From positions 2,011,242-2,075,241 of the forward strand of contig CAWCLF010000001.1 of NCBI GenBank assembly GCA_963796325.1: a DNA stretch of 64,000 nt, written 5' to 3'. Positions 29,288 through 38,351 of this stretch are shown one piece after another. How positions within the stretch are numbered: the stretch's first letter is position 1; the number at the start of each line of letters is the position of its first letter. Source of the DNA: an uncultured Spirochaetota bacterium (GTDB lineage Bacteria; Spirochaetota; Brevinematia; Brevinematales; JAOACQ01). The notes under the pieces were generated by a model. That model saw only the letters and a program-made list of their open reading frames with translations, was not told the DNA's origin and searched no databases. The translations under genes and the position numbers were made by a program.

Positions 29288-29318
29288 AAAAAGACCGCCC
29301 TTCTTAAAACAGGCGGCC
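29288..29318 (-). terminator. Terminator-like hairpin plus T5 immediately upstream of the GH9 SD (terminator of the upstream gene and/or a leader attenuator)
   Basis: The minus strand reads AAA-GGCCGCC-tgttttaagaa-GGCGGTC-TTTTT-aatatattatAAGGAGattgacATG. The stem has 7 pairs including one G.U. Only about 22 nt separate the T-run from the GH9 start. Confidence 0.55.
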
Positions 29319-29592
29319 TTTAACGGCAGCCGTGTTCTAATTTAAACACCATTATAATATAAATCAACGAATGAATAATTACAATAAATAATTAATTTTT
29401 CCCGGATTGTTCAATTCTTTTTTCACTTAAACTGTACGTCGTTGGGTGTGTTTCTTCAGCCAGGCTTATAACTGAATGGTTACCAGGTAACGAATATTAT
29501 AGGGATAGTACCAATTAAACGAATGCTTTGCAATATTAATATTTTTATAATATATACTGCATTCCGGGCATATCGTTTTTTCGCAAAGTATC

Positions 29593-32592
29593 CTAAAGCC
29601 CGATCAGCCCCTTTTTCGGTTCTCCAAGATAGTAACCCTGTGAATAATCTATTCCGATCTCAAGGCATTTGTCATATACTTCCTTGGAATGAACGAATTC
29701 CGAAATGGTCTTCAAGCCAAGTTCCTTCGCGAAACTCGCGATCGTACGGGTTATGATCTGCGAGATCTTATCGTTATTTATGTTCTTTATCAGTGAAGCA
29801 TCGATCTTGATGTAATCTATCTGCATGTGAATCAAATGGGAAAAATTTGAATAGCCCGTCCCGAAATCATCTATGGCTATCTTGCATCCGCACTTTTTTA
29901 CATAATTAATAAATTCGGTAACTTCTTTATAATTTTCAATGTTTTCAGTCTCCAGGAGCTCGAAAACAGCCCTGCAGGATGCCCCCTTGCTGTTCTTGAT
30001 CAGATCGTAAAGGTAGCCGATCGTTTTTTCATCCATGATGTCGTCAAGCGATAAATTAAGCGAAAACTCAAATTCATTGTCTCTGAAAAAATCAAAGGAT
30101 TTCTCCAGCATTATTTTAGTAAGATACCTGTAGAGTCTTGCCTTTTTAGCGGTATTAAGGAAGTTTAGTGGCGCTATTACGCTGCCGTTTTCGTCAATCA
30201 TCCTCATAAGGCACTCGTATTTCTCAATCTTCCCGGTATAGTTGTTCAGGATGGGCTGAAAATAGGGTACAATACGGTCATCCTTTATAGCGCTTTTAAG
30301 TTTTTTCGTCCACTGGATGTTGTTTTCATATTCTTTTACTATTTCCATGAATTCCTGGTATATTACGTACTTTTTCCTGGAAACTTTAGCCCTTTTAAGG
30401 GCCATATCGGCGTTCCTGAGAGCATTCCTGCCTATTTCGAGACCGCTTTCGCCGTGAGACATGTTCTGTGCTGTTCCAATACCCAGGCTGACTGATATAT
30501 ATATTTCCGTGTCCTTGTAAATGAAGGGCCTATCCATGACCTCTTCCGACAGGTAGATCCCCCAATAATCAAGGTCCTTCAAGGTGCCCGAATTTTCTAT
30601 AAGAATTGTATATTCGTCGGCATGCATCTTGTAGAGTCTGTATGAAATTCCGAGGTTCAGATACCTGAGCCGGTTCGCGAGTTCCCTCAGGATCATGTCC
30701 CCCACCTCTGTACCGTAAAAATCATTAATTTCCTGAAAACTGTCAATGTTAAAAATAATGACAACCGGATCTGAGCATAGAGCAAGATCCTCCATTAATT
30801 TATTCCTGTTGGACATATTCGTCAAAGGGTCTGTCATTAGCTGTACGAGAAGGGTTTTATTCGAACTTTCGACCTTTTCAATAAGGATCCCGCTTTCCAG
30901 CGAACTTGAAACCAGCGTTGCAATTGTTTCATAAATTATACCCTCCATGGGGCCTGTTTCGATGAATATCAGGCCCAGATTCTCATTCCTGATATACAGC
31001 GGGGCGGCTATCATGGTGTACCTTCGGTCAGCCGGGAAAAAGCTTTGCGGAAACAGTTCGCTGCTTGGATATGAAACCTCATTTCCATCCAATGCGATCT
31101 TTTTACCATCATAGGCTGTAAAAATTCTTAATTTATCGGTATTTTCAGCGCCGTCTTCGTAAAGCGAAATATAAAAACTGGGAAAATCAAGCCGGGAAAG
31201 CCCGCTGACTATGTTCTCAAAAAGTTCCGCCCTTTCGAAACAGCTTGATATGGCCTGGGACAATATGCTCAGATAATAGCTTCTCTTTTCTGAATTCTGT
31301 TTCTGTAATGAAACTGCCTGAAAAGAAAGATCGCTTATATAATAATTGGCTTTCTGGAAAAGGCTGTCGGCCAATAAAAACTCATCTTCTTTTCCTATAA
31401 GGGGCAGGATCGAATTTTTAAGAGTATTTATTACATCATGCCAGAATGCTATATCTTTACCGGATGAGATTGTTTCATTGATGGCCAGAGCAAGGATGCT
31501 GAAGAATTGCCCTTCTTTACCATCAACTATCTCGGAATAGAAAGCATCCAGAACTTTTTCGGCCTTTGAAAAACCGGACTGCCCGCCAAAAAATTCTTTT
31601 AGACCGGCAAGAATTTTCGGCCTTTCAGAAGCAAGTGAAATTTTATAATCGGTCTTCAAATTAAAGAATCTGATCGGGTCGAAATTTTTCATTATGAAGG
31701 ATCTGCAGCCGCATGAAAGCCTTATGATGCATTCAGCCGGCAGATATTCATTCTCCAATAATGGAGCTTTCCCCTCTAAAAAATCAAGAAGCAGATCACC
31801 CGCCCTTTTTGACATTTTTAATATAGGCTGCCGGACCGTTGTCAGCGGCGGGTAAAAAGTGGCGGCTTCCTCAATATCGTCAAAACCTGTAACAGCCACT
31901 TTATCAGGTACATTTATTCCTCTTTTTACAAGCTCTTTTACAGCGCCAATTGCCATCGTATCGTTTGAAGACACGATAGTTTGAAAAGAAGCCTTTTTTT
32001 CATCCAGCCAGCTCCTGACGGCTTCTGTGCCAGATTCTTCAAGATAATTTCCTGTGTATACTAAATCAGGCTCATATTGAAGCCCGAAATTATTCAGCAT
32101 TTCTTTATAAACATTGAATCTTACATCTGCATCATTGTTTCCCGCGGGGCCGCGTATGAATGCTATTCGATTATAGCTGTGTTCTTCATAAAGGTGCTTG
32201 ATCACGGCCTTCAGTCCGGAATAGTTATCCATTAGAATACTTGGTATACCCTCTATCGGCCCTCCGATGCAAACCATCGGTAAAGGCCTGTACCGTTCGG
32301 CAAACAGCCTTAATTCATCTTTCGATATATAATTGCCGATAGAACTGCCCGCAATAATAATTCCATCAAGGGAATTTCCGTTTAATAAATCGTAGATCCT
32401 GTTTTTTGTTTTCTCATATTTATTATTCGGGTTATTGTCTACCGATCCCCCTGTTACCACTATAAGATTGGCGTTTCTTTGTTCGGCAGCCCGGGCCAGC
32501 CCCTGCCAGGCGCTATGCCATACTGAGAAATTACTTCCAATTCCGCAAATACTGTCGATAATAAGGGCAATTGTATGTCTGGTATTATGCAT
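29593..32592 (-). CDS. Soluble signalling protein: binding-protein fold, GAF-like region, degenerate GGDEF and EAL (putative c-di-GMP phosphodiesterase)
   Basis: The N-terminal ~560 aa are paralogous to the kinase at 2235..4784 (IALIIDS..., VTGFDDIEEAATFYPPLTTVRQP, SCGC). The GGDEF position reads HADEY. EAL-domain motifs are ECLMR, NLS, FELLETE, DDFGTGYSNF, KIDASL and QGYYLGEP. Confidence 0.88.
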   Translation of the reverse strand: MHNTRHTIALIIDSICGIGSNFSVWHSAWQGLARAAEQRNANLIVVTGGSVDNNPNNKYEKTKNRIYDLLNGNSLDGIIIAGSSIGNYISKDELRLFAERYRPLPMVCIGGPIEGIPSILMDNYSGLKAVIKHLYEEHSYNRIAFIRGPAGNNDADVRFNVYKEMLNNFGLQYEPDLVYTGNYLEESGTEAVRSWLDEKKASFQTIVSSNDTMAIGAVKELVKRGINVPDKVAVTGFDDIEEAATFYPPLTTVRQPILKMSKRAGDLLLDFLEGKAPLLENEYLPAECIIRLSCGCRSFIMKNFDPIRFFNLKTDYKISLASERPKILAGLKEFFGGQSGFSKAEKVLDAFYSEIVDGKEGQFFSILALAINETISSGKDIAFWHDVINTLKNSILPLIGKEDEFLLADSLFQKANYYISDLSFQAVSLQKQNSEKRSYYLSILSQAISSCFERAELFENIVSGLSRLDFPSFYISLYEDGAENTDKLRIFTAYDGKKIALDGNEVSYPSSELFPQSFFPADRRYTMIAAPLYIRNENLGLIFIETGPMEGIIYETIATLVSSSLESGILIEKVESSNKTLLVQLMTDPLTNMSNRNKLMEDLALCSDPVVIIFNIDSFQEINDFYGTEVGDMILRELANRLRYLNLGISYRLYKMHADEYTILIENSGTLKDLDYWGIYLSEEVMDRPFIYKDTEIYISVSLGIGTAQNMSHGESGLEIGRNALRNADMALKRAKVSRKKYVIYQEFMEIVKEYENNIQWTKKLKSAIKDDRIVPYFQPILNNYTGKIEKYECLMRMIDENGSVIAPLNFLNTAKKARLYRYLTKIMLEKSFDFFRDNEFEFSLNLSLDDIMDEKTIGYLYDLIKNSKGASCRAVFELLETENIENYKEVTEFINYVKKCGCKIAIDDFGTGYSNFSHLIHMQIDYIKIDASLIKNINNDKISQIITRTIASFAKELGLKTISEFVHSKEVYDKCLEIGIDYSQGYYLGEPKKGLIGL

Positions 32593-32784
32593 GATAATCT
32601 AGATCCCCTATATAGCTCATTATTTTTGCCAATATCGAAATCCCCTTCATTCTTATCGCAATTATAACAGGACCAAAACATCATGTCAAACCAGTTGATA
32701 ACTGCCTGATAATTGCCGGCTCACCAAAAACCTCAATTCTTTCACATCCGGCATCCCATGGGAATTCCCGGGAATATGCAGAAC

Positions 32785-32813
32785 TTGACTCCCGGCTTAC
32801 CTGAAAATATAAT
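32785..32813 (+). promoter_or_regulatory. Near-consensus sigma70-type promoter placed to give a leaderless transcript of the macro-domain gene
   Basis: TTGACT (32785..32790), 17-nt spacer, TATAAT (32808..32813). The ATG at 32819 is only 5 nt after the -10 box. No SD is present. Confidence 0.55.
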
Positions 32814-32818
32814 TCTGT

Positions 32819-33355
32819 ATGGAATTTTTAAACGGCAGAATTGAGGCCATAAGGGCTGACATTACTGAACAGCATACTGACGCCATAGTCAACGCTGCAA
32901 ATTCGAGCCTCATGGGAGGGGGAGGCGTCGACGGCGCCATACACAGCAGGGGAGGCCCGGCAATTCTAGAAGAATGCAGGAAAATCAGAAGTTCCCTTTA
33001 TCCCGGCGGCCTGCCGGCCGGCCTGGCCGTATCGACGGGGGCAGGCAGGCTCCATGCAAAATGGATTATACATACGGTAGGTCCTGTCTGGCATGGAGGA
33101 CGAAGCGGCGAAGAAACAATCTTGAAGAATGCTTATATTAATTCCCTGCAGGAAGCGATACGCCTCGGCTGCAAAACGATTTCCTTCCCTGCAATATCGA
33201 CCGGCGTCTATTCTTTCCCGCCGGAAAAAGCCGCCGCGGCCGTTTCCGAAGCTCTCAGGGATTTCATTACGGCTCATGATACCGATATAAAAATATATCT
33301 CGTATTTTTTAGTTCCCGGGATTACGATATATTTGTTAAATATCAGAATTTTTAA
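32819..33355 (+). CDS. Macro-domain protein (O-acetyl-ADP-ribose deacetylase / ADP-ribose binding, YmdB-like)
   Basis: ADITEQHTDAIVNAANSSLMGGGGVDGAIHSRGGPAILEEC and ISFPAISTGVYSFP are canonical macro-domain motifs. Confidence 0.9.
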   Translation: MEFLNGRIEAIRADITEQHTDAIVNAANSSLMGGGGVDGAIHSRGGPAILEECRKIRSSLYPGGLPAGLAVSTGAGRLHAKWIIHTVGPVWHGGRSGEETILKNAYINSLQEAIRLGCKTISFPAISTGVYSFPPEKAAAAVSEALRDFITAHDTDIKIYLVFFSSRDYDIFVKYQNF

Positions 33356-33380
33356 AATTAAACCTAAAGCTGGAGGAAAA

Positions 33381-34589
33381 ATGACAGGTCTCCTGATTGA
33401 AACTGCAGATTTCGATAAATTTTCTCCTGTTTCATCGACCAGGTTCCTCTGGGACATTACATGCGGGATTTTTACACCCCTTGAGAGATATTCAGGATTA
33501 TTTCCGGGTATTTCAGTGCATTCTCCCCGTCTCGGCAAAATACCCTATTCACATCTTTTCAACCTGATTAAAGACAGGGCTTATAACCCCGGCGGCAATA
33601 TCGATTTCATTTTCAATGCACAGTACATCCCGGCAGGAGAACCGCCTCATAAAATCAATACTTTGTATATAACGGCGGAAGGCCGGTTTATATCGCTCTT
33701 TGCGCAGGATATCGGTCAATCCGAGATAGAATCGATTGAAAACAACGAAACAGGCGGCCTCATTTCACGCTTCAGGGTTGCTGAATTGAAAACGGGGATC
33801 TTTAACCGAGGCATAACGGACATGATCAAAAATAATTCCCGTGCAATAGAACTCGACTCGGCTGCCGCATTAGGAAACCCGAATTACGCATCGGTTGAAA
33901 AAAACATAATAATCGATAAAACGGCCCGGGTCCGGGAGTTCGTGTCTATAAATGCGGAGACAGGGCCGGTAATAATCGGAGGTGGAGCCGTTATCAGACC
34001 TTTTTCGATTATCGACGGTCCCGCTTTCATAGGCAGGAACTCTCTTGTGGACAGCGCCAGGATCAGGGGCGGCACGACTATAAAAGATGTCTGCAGGATC
34101 GGCGGCGAAGTGGAATGTTCGATAGTTGAAAGCTACTCCAACAAGCACCATGAAGGGTTTCTGGGCCATTCGTATGTCGGTGAATGGGTCAATATCGGCG
34201 CCCTCGCGACTACAAGCGATCTCAAGAACAATTACGGGATCATCAGGATCAATAACGGTTCGGGAGTTATAAACACAGGCATGAATAAACTGGGCTCCAT
34301 TATCGGAGATTACTCGAAGATAGGAATCGGCATTATGCTGAATACCGGGTCAGTCGTCTCCGAAGGCTGTAATCTTTTCCAGGAAGGATTGAAAATTCCT
34401 TCATTTCTGCCCCCGTTCAGCTGGGGACTGAGCGGAAAGAAATACAGGATCGATCGTTTTATCGAAGATACTGAAAAGGTGATGGAGAGAAGAAATTTAA
34501 AGCTGTCAGGCGATAAGGCGGAATTTTTAAAGTCCCTTTACCGGTTCCGTTTAAATCTCGATTCAGACGGCGCAGCTGAAACGGCATAG
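33381..34589 (+). CDS. Left-handed beta-helix (hexapeptide-repeat) transferase, GlmU-like / putative sugar nucleotidyltransferase family
   Basis: GGAGG SD before the ATG at 33381. The C-terminal half has hexapeptide turns (IGRNSLVDSARIRGGTTIKDVCRIGGEVECSIVESYSNKHHEGFLGHSYVGEWVNIGA...). Confidence 0.6.
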   Translation: MTGLLIETADFDKFSPVSSTRFLWDITCGIFTPLERYSGLFPGISVHSPRLGKIPYSHLFNLIKDRAYNPGGNIDFIFNAQYIPAGEPPHKINTLYITAEGRFISLFAQDIGQSEIESIENNETGGLISRFRVAELKTGIFNRGITDMIKNNSRAIELDSAAALGNPNYASVEKNIIIDKTARVREFVSINAETGPVIIGGGAVIRPFSIIDGPAFIGRNSLVDSARIRGGTTIKDVCRIGGEVECSIVESYSNKHHEGFLGHSYVGEWVNIGALATTSDLKNNYGIIRINNGSGVINTGMNKLGSIIGDYSKIGIGIMLNTGSVVSEGCNLFQEGLKIPSFLPPFSWGLSGKKYRIDRFIEDTEKVMERRNLKLSGDKAEFLKSLYRFRLNLDSDGAAETA

Positions 34590-34725
34590 GAGCCGGCCGT
34601 CAGGTTCAACCCCCTCCTTATTTTTATTGAAGGTTTTCACTTTTTAATTTATAATTATTGAACTGCCCATAGCCGGCGGATAATAATCCTATATAGAAAT
34701 ATCCTGAATTTAATCGGAGAATATA

Positions 34726-35745
34726 ATGCGTATTTTGAGCGGAATGCAGCCTACAGGTTACATGCACCTGGGTAATTACATGGGAGCTCTCCAGAACTGG
34801 GTAAAGCTCCAGAACGACACCTCCCGCAGCATCCAGACATACTACTTTATAGCAGACCTGCATTCATTGACATCGAACCAGTCGGGTTATAAAAAGGAGA
34901 CCAACGATTATATATTCCAGATGGTCGTCGACTGGCTGGCCGGGGGCATTGATCCTGAAAAATCGGTGCTGTTTCTTCAATCCGACATCCCCGAACATTG
35001 CGAATTATATTCCATTCTGTCGATGATAACTCCCATATCATGGCTTGAAAGGAACCCGACTTACAAGGAAAAGATGGATGAGCTCGAAGGCAAGGAACTG
35101 GATAACCTCGGCTTTTTAGGCTATCCGGTTCTCCAGACCGCCGATATAGCCCTCTACAAAGCAGACTCGGTTCCTGTAGGTAAAGACCAGGTTCCTCACC
35201 TGGAGATAAGCCGCGAAATAATCCGGAGATTTAATTATATTTACAGCGGTGAAATACTTGTCGAACCTCAGCCTCTTCTTTCGCCTGTTGCCAAACTGAA
35301 CGGACTTGACGGCAGGAAAATGAGCAAATCGTATGATAACGCCATATTCCTTTGCGACGATGAGGATAAGATAAAGACAAGGATCATGTCGATGGTTACA
35401 GACATTAAAAGGGCTCGTAAGACTGACCCCGGCCATCCCGACGAGTGCAACCTCTTTCCTTATTATTCGGCTTTCTGCAGCGACAGGCAACTTATCGATA
35501 CTGTCAGAAAAGACTGCGAATCGACTGAAATGGGCTGCGTCGAAGACAAGAAAAAACTGGCGGCTCTTCTGTCGGATTATTTTAGAGACTACCGCAGTAA
35601 AAGGTCGGCTATTGAAAAGGATAAGGACACCGTCTACGATATCCTCAGAGAAGGAGCTTCGAAAGCGCGTGAAGAAGCCAGAAAAACAATGGAAGAAGTA
35701 AGAAAGGCTGTAGGCCTGTCAAGTAAAATCCGATACGGGAGTTGA
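34726..35745 (+). CDS. trpS: Tryptophan--tRNA ligase
   Basis: Class I motifs: SGMQPTGYMHLGNYMGAL (HIGH-type) and KMSKS. About 339 aa. Confidence 0.95.
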   Translation: MRILSGMQPTGYMHLGNYMGALQNWVKLQNDTSRSIQTYYFIADLHSLTSNQSGYKKETNDYIFQMVVDWLAGGIDPEKSVLFLQSDIPEHCELYSILSMITPISWLERNPTYKEKMDELEGKELDNLGFLGYPVLQTADIALYKADSVPVGKDQVPHLEISREIIRRFNYIYSGEILVEPQPLLSPVAKLNGLDGRKMSKSYDNAIFLCDDEDKIKTRIMSMVTDIKRARKTDPGHPDECNLFPYYSAFCSDRQLIDTVRKDCESTEMGCVEDKKKLAALLSDYFRDYRSKRSAIEKDKDTVYDILREGASKAREEARKTMEEVRKAVGLSSKIRYGS

Positions 35746-35746
35746 C

Positions 35747-36493
35747 ATGCTCGGCGTTATGAGGAAGGGGTGCGCCCTTACGCTTAACAATTTTGAAGGA
35801 CCGCTCGACCTGCTGCTGGAGCTGATCCAGAATGAAAAAATGGATATTACCGATATTTCAATTTCCAGCATTACCGATCAATACCTCTTATATATAAAGG
35901 CGCTGCAATTATTTAATGTAGATGTTGCTTCCGAGTTTTTCGTCATCGCAGCCACGCTGCTATTCATAAAGACAAAGAAGCTTCTTCCAGGGTCGCATAA
36001 CGGCGGTATCGAAGACCTTCTGGATGAAAAAGAACTCCTGGCCAGGCTCAAGGAGTATAAACAGTTCAAAAATCTCGCCCGGTCGCTCTGGCATCTGAAA
36101 GAGGCCGGCGACATATATTATTCCAGGGATTATTCCATGACTATCGCCGGCGCGGCATCGCATAACCCCTCATCTGAAAATATTGACAAGATCACCGTGG
36201 GAGATCTGATTCAGGCTCTTTTACGCTACAAGGGCGCTATCATTCAAAAAGCAATTCCTATTAAAAGGAAGGAAGTCAGCGTCGAGGAGAAAATGACTCA
36301 CATACTCAATCTTCTCAGTATGAAAAAAATTGTAAAATTCAGTGAAATCGTTGAAAATGATAGGACTAAAATCGACAGGGTTGCGTCTTTCCTGGGCGGC
36401 CTGGAACTCAGTTTCCGCCAGAAAGTTATGTTAAAACAATTGTCCCTTTTCGCAGATATTGAAATATCGAAAAAGGACAGGGTACTATTATAA
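35747..36493 (+). CDS. scpA: Segregation and condensation protein A
   Basis: FEGPLDLLLELIQNEKMDITDISISSITDQYL is the characteristic ScpA N-terminus. The gene starts 2 nt after trpS. Confidence 0.9.
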   Translation: MLGVMRKGCALTLNNFEGPLDLLLELIQNEKMDITDISISSITDQYLLYIKALQLFNVDVASEFFVIAATLLFIKTKKLLPGSHNGGIEDLLDEKELLARLKEYKQFKNLARSLWHLKEAGDIYYSRDYSMTIAGAASHNPSSENIDKITVGDLIQALLRYKGAIIQKAIPIKRKEVSVEEKMTHILNLLSMKKIVKFSEIVENDRTKIDRVASFLGGLELSFRQKVMLKQLSLFADIEISKKDRVLL

Positions 36494-36505
36494 GAGGGCC
36501 TGACA

Positions 36506-37168
36506 ATGAATAATTCCTTGTTTATCAATAAAACATACTCCAGGAACGAATTAAAAGGCCTGTTTGAGGCTATATTATTCGTCAGGGGCAAATCTGTGCC
36601 GATAGATGAACTGCAGAGAATATTCGAATCCCCTAAAGAGGCTGTAATATCATTGATCGATGAACTTAACAGCGATTACTCCTCCAGGAAGAATGGTTTT
36701 TATATCATTCCCGTTGCCGGCGGATACCAGCTCGTATCGAATCCCGATTACCGCGAAGAACTTGAAGAATTATTCGGGAAAAGGAATGAAAACGTGCTTC
36801 CAAAAAGCTGTCTTGAGACATTGGCTATCATAGCCTATAAACAGCCCATATCCAAGGACGATATAGACAGGATAAGGGGCGTATCGAGCACAAGAAGCAT
36901 CAATACGCTTCTCGTACTCAAACTTGTAACGTTCAACGGCAGCGCCGACGATATTGTAAGGTCTCCTCTTTATGCTACTACTGAAAGGTTTCTCGAGTTT
37001 TTCCGCATTAAAAGCCTCGAAGACCTTCCGTCTCCCGGCAGCATCGAGTTCAGTAAAATTATGGAGGATTCCTCATATGATGACAGCATCGATGAGGAAG
37101 AAAATGAATCGGAAAATAATGGAGAAAGCGGAATCCCATTCGAGGGAAGCCCTGAAGTTCAGAAATGA
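36506..37168 (+). CDS. scpB: Segregation and condensation protein B
   Basis: LFEAILFVRGKSVPIDEL and VAGGYQLVSNPDY, plus a second wHTH (ETLAIIAYKQPISKDDIDRIRGV). Confidence 0.9.
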   Translation: MNNSLFINKTYSRNELKGLFEAILFVRGKSVPIDELQRIFESPKEAVISLIDELNSDYSSRKNGFYIIPVAGGYQLVSNPDYREELEELFGKRNENVLPKSCLETLAIIAYKQPISKDDIDRIRGVSSTRSINTLLVLKLVTFNGSADDIVRSPLYATTERFLEFFRIKSLEDLPSPGSIEFSKIMEDSSYDDSIDEEENESENNGESGIPFEGSPEVQK

Positions 37169-37178
37169 GGGAGGAATA

Positions 37179-38267
37179 ATGGAAAAAGTTAAAAATGAAA
37201 TCGACCTGGCAGCACTCAGGAAAAAAATCGACGGCATCGATGTCAGCATAGTTGAACTTCTTGATAAAAGAGCGGAAATTGTTAAAATAATCGGCGAGTA
37301 TAAAAAAAATCACAATATTCCTATATACCAGCCTGAAAGAGAAAAAGAAGTTAAAGAACTTGTAATTTCAAAATCGAAAAAAGAATTCCCTGAATCGGCG
37401 CTTCTGCAGATATTTACAGAGATTGTGTCTGCCGCCAGGGCGCTTGAAAAACCTATTGTTGTGGCTTTTTTAGGACCTGAAGGCTCCTTTACCGAACAGG
37501 CTGTCCGTAAACACTTCGGCAGTTCCGTTATTATGAAACCTATCGCTTCGGTACCGGATATTTTCAGGGAAGTCGAGAACGGCAAGATGGATTACGGTGT
37601 GGTTGCTATTGAAAACTCCCTTGACGGTTCGGTTAAAGAATCCCTGGACGAATTTATCGACTCGCCGCTCAAGGTTCTCGGGGAAGAATATCTTAATGTC
37701 CATCAGAACCTCATGGCAAATGTAAATTCAATTCAGGAGATCAAACGCATCTATTCGCATCCTCAATCCTTCGGGCAGTGCAGGACATGGCTTGAAACAA
37801 ATATGCCGAATGTGGAAAAGATCGAAGTTTCGAGTAATTCCAAAGCTGCAAGCATGGTTCCCTGGGAAAAATTTTCAGCGGCGATCGGTCCTGCAATAGC
37901 GGCCGAAAAATATTCGCTGCATATCCTGGCCGATAATATTGAGGATAACCCTGAAAATTACACAAGGTTCTGGATCATCGGAGGCGGAAAGCATGAATTT
38001 GTAAACCCTGAAAAGACTTCCGTTCTGGTATCGATAAAAGACAAAGAGGGCGCCCTTCTCAAACTTCTTACACCGTTCCAGGAATACAATATCAACCTGT
38101 CAAAGATCGAATCCAGACCTTCAAAAAGAAGGCCCTGGGACTACCTGTTTTTTATCGATCTTGACAAGGGCATCGGGGAAAATTCAGTTCAAGAGGCCCT
38201 CGAAAAGGTTAAGGAACAATCCGTATTTATGAAAGTCATAGGCTCCTATAAGAAAGGCTCCTATTAA
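37179..38267 (+). CDS. pheA: Bifunctional chorismate mutase / prephenate dehydratase (P-protein)
   Basis: GAGGGAGG SD before the ATG at 37179 (the ORF track extension 36972..37178 overlaps scpB). CM helix LRKKIDGIDVSIVELLDKRAEIV. PDT motifs VAFLGPEGSFTEQA and TRFWII. ACT motif ESRPSKRRPWDYLFFIDL. Confidence 0.92.
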   Translation: MEKVKNEIDLAALRKKIDGIDVSIVELLDKRAEIVKIIGEYKKNHNIPIYQPEREKEVKELVISKSKKEFPESALLQIFTEIVSAARALEKPIVVAFLGPEGSFTEQAVRKHFGSSVIMKPIASVPDIFREVENGKMDYGVVAIENSLDGSVKESLDEFIDSPLKVLGEEYLNVHQNLMANVNSIQEIKRIYSHPQSFGQCRTWLETNMPNVEKIEVSSNSKAASMVPWEKFSAAIGPAIAAEKYSLHILADNIEDNPENYTRFWIIGGGKHEFVNPEKTSVLVSIKDKEGALLKLLTPFQEYNINLSKIESRPSKRRPWDYLFFIDLDKGIGENSVQEALEKVKEQSVFMKVIGSYKKGSY

Positions 38268-38351
38268 TTTCCAGCCTGAAGACAAATTTCATTATATTGA
38301 CAATTGTCCGTTTTATATTATTATAAAGGCACTTCTGAAATGAGGTCTTGA

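Noticed and set aside
29404-29411. GGATTGTT, resembling the start of a BglG/LicT RAT antiterminator site, near the GH9 gene.
   Set aside because: It is on the plus strand, whereas the GH9 leader is transcribed from the minus strand. The rest of the RAT consensus is absent.
36972-37178. N-terminal extensions in the ORF track, here for pheA and also for glyA, murG, the LbH transferase, VOC, AKR and ribH.
   Set aside because: In each case an internal ATG is preceded by a good GGAG-type SD and matches the conserved family N-terminus. The extensions overlap upstream genes or lack SDs.
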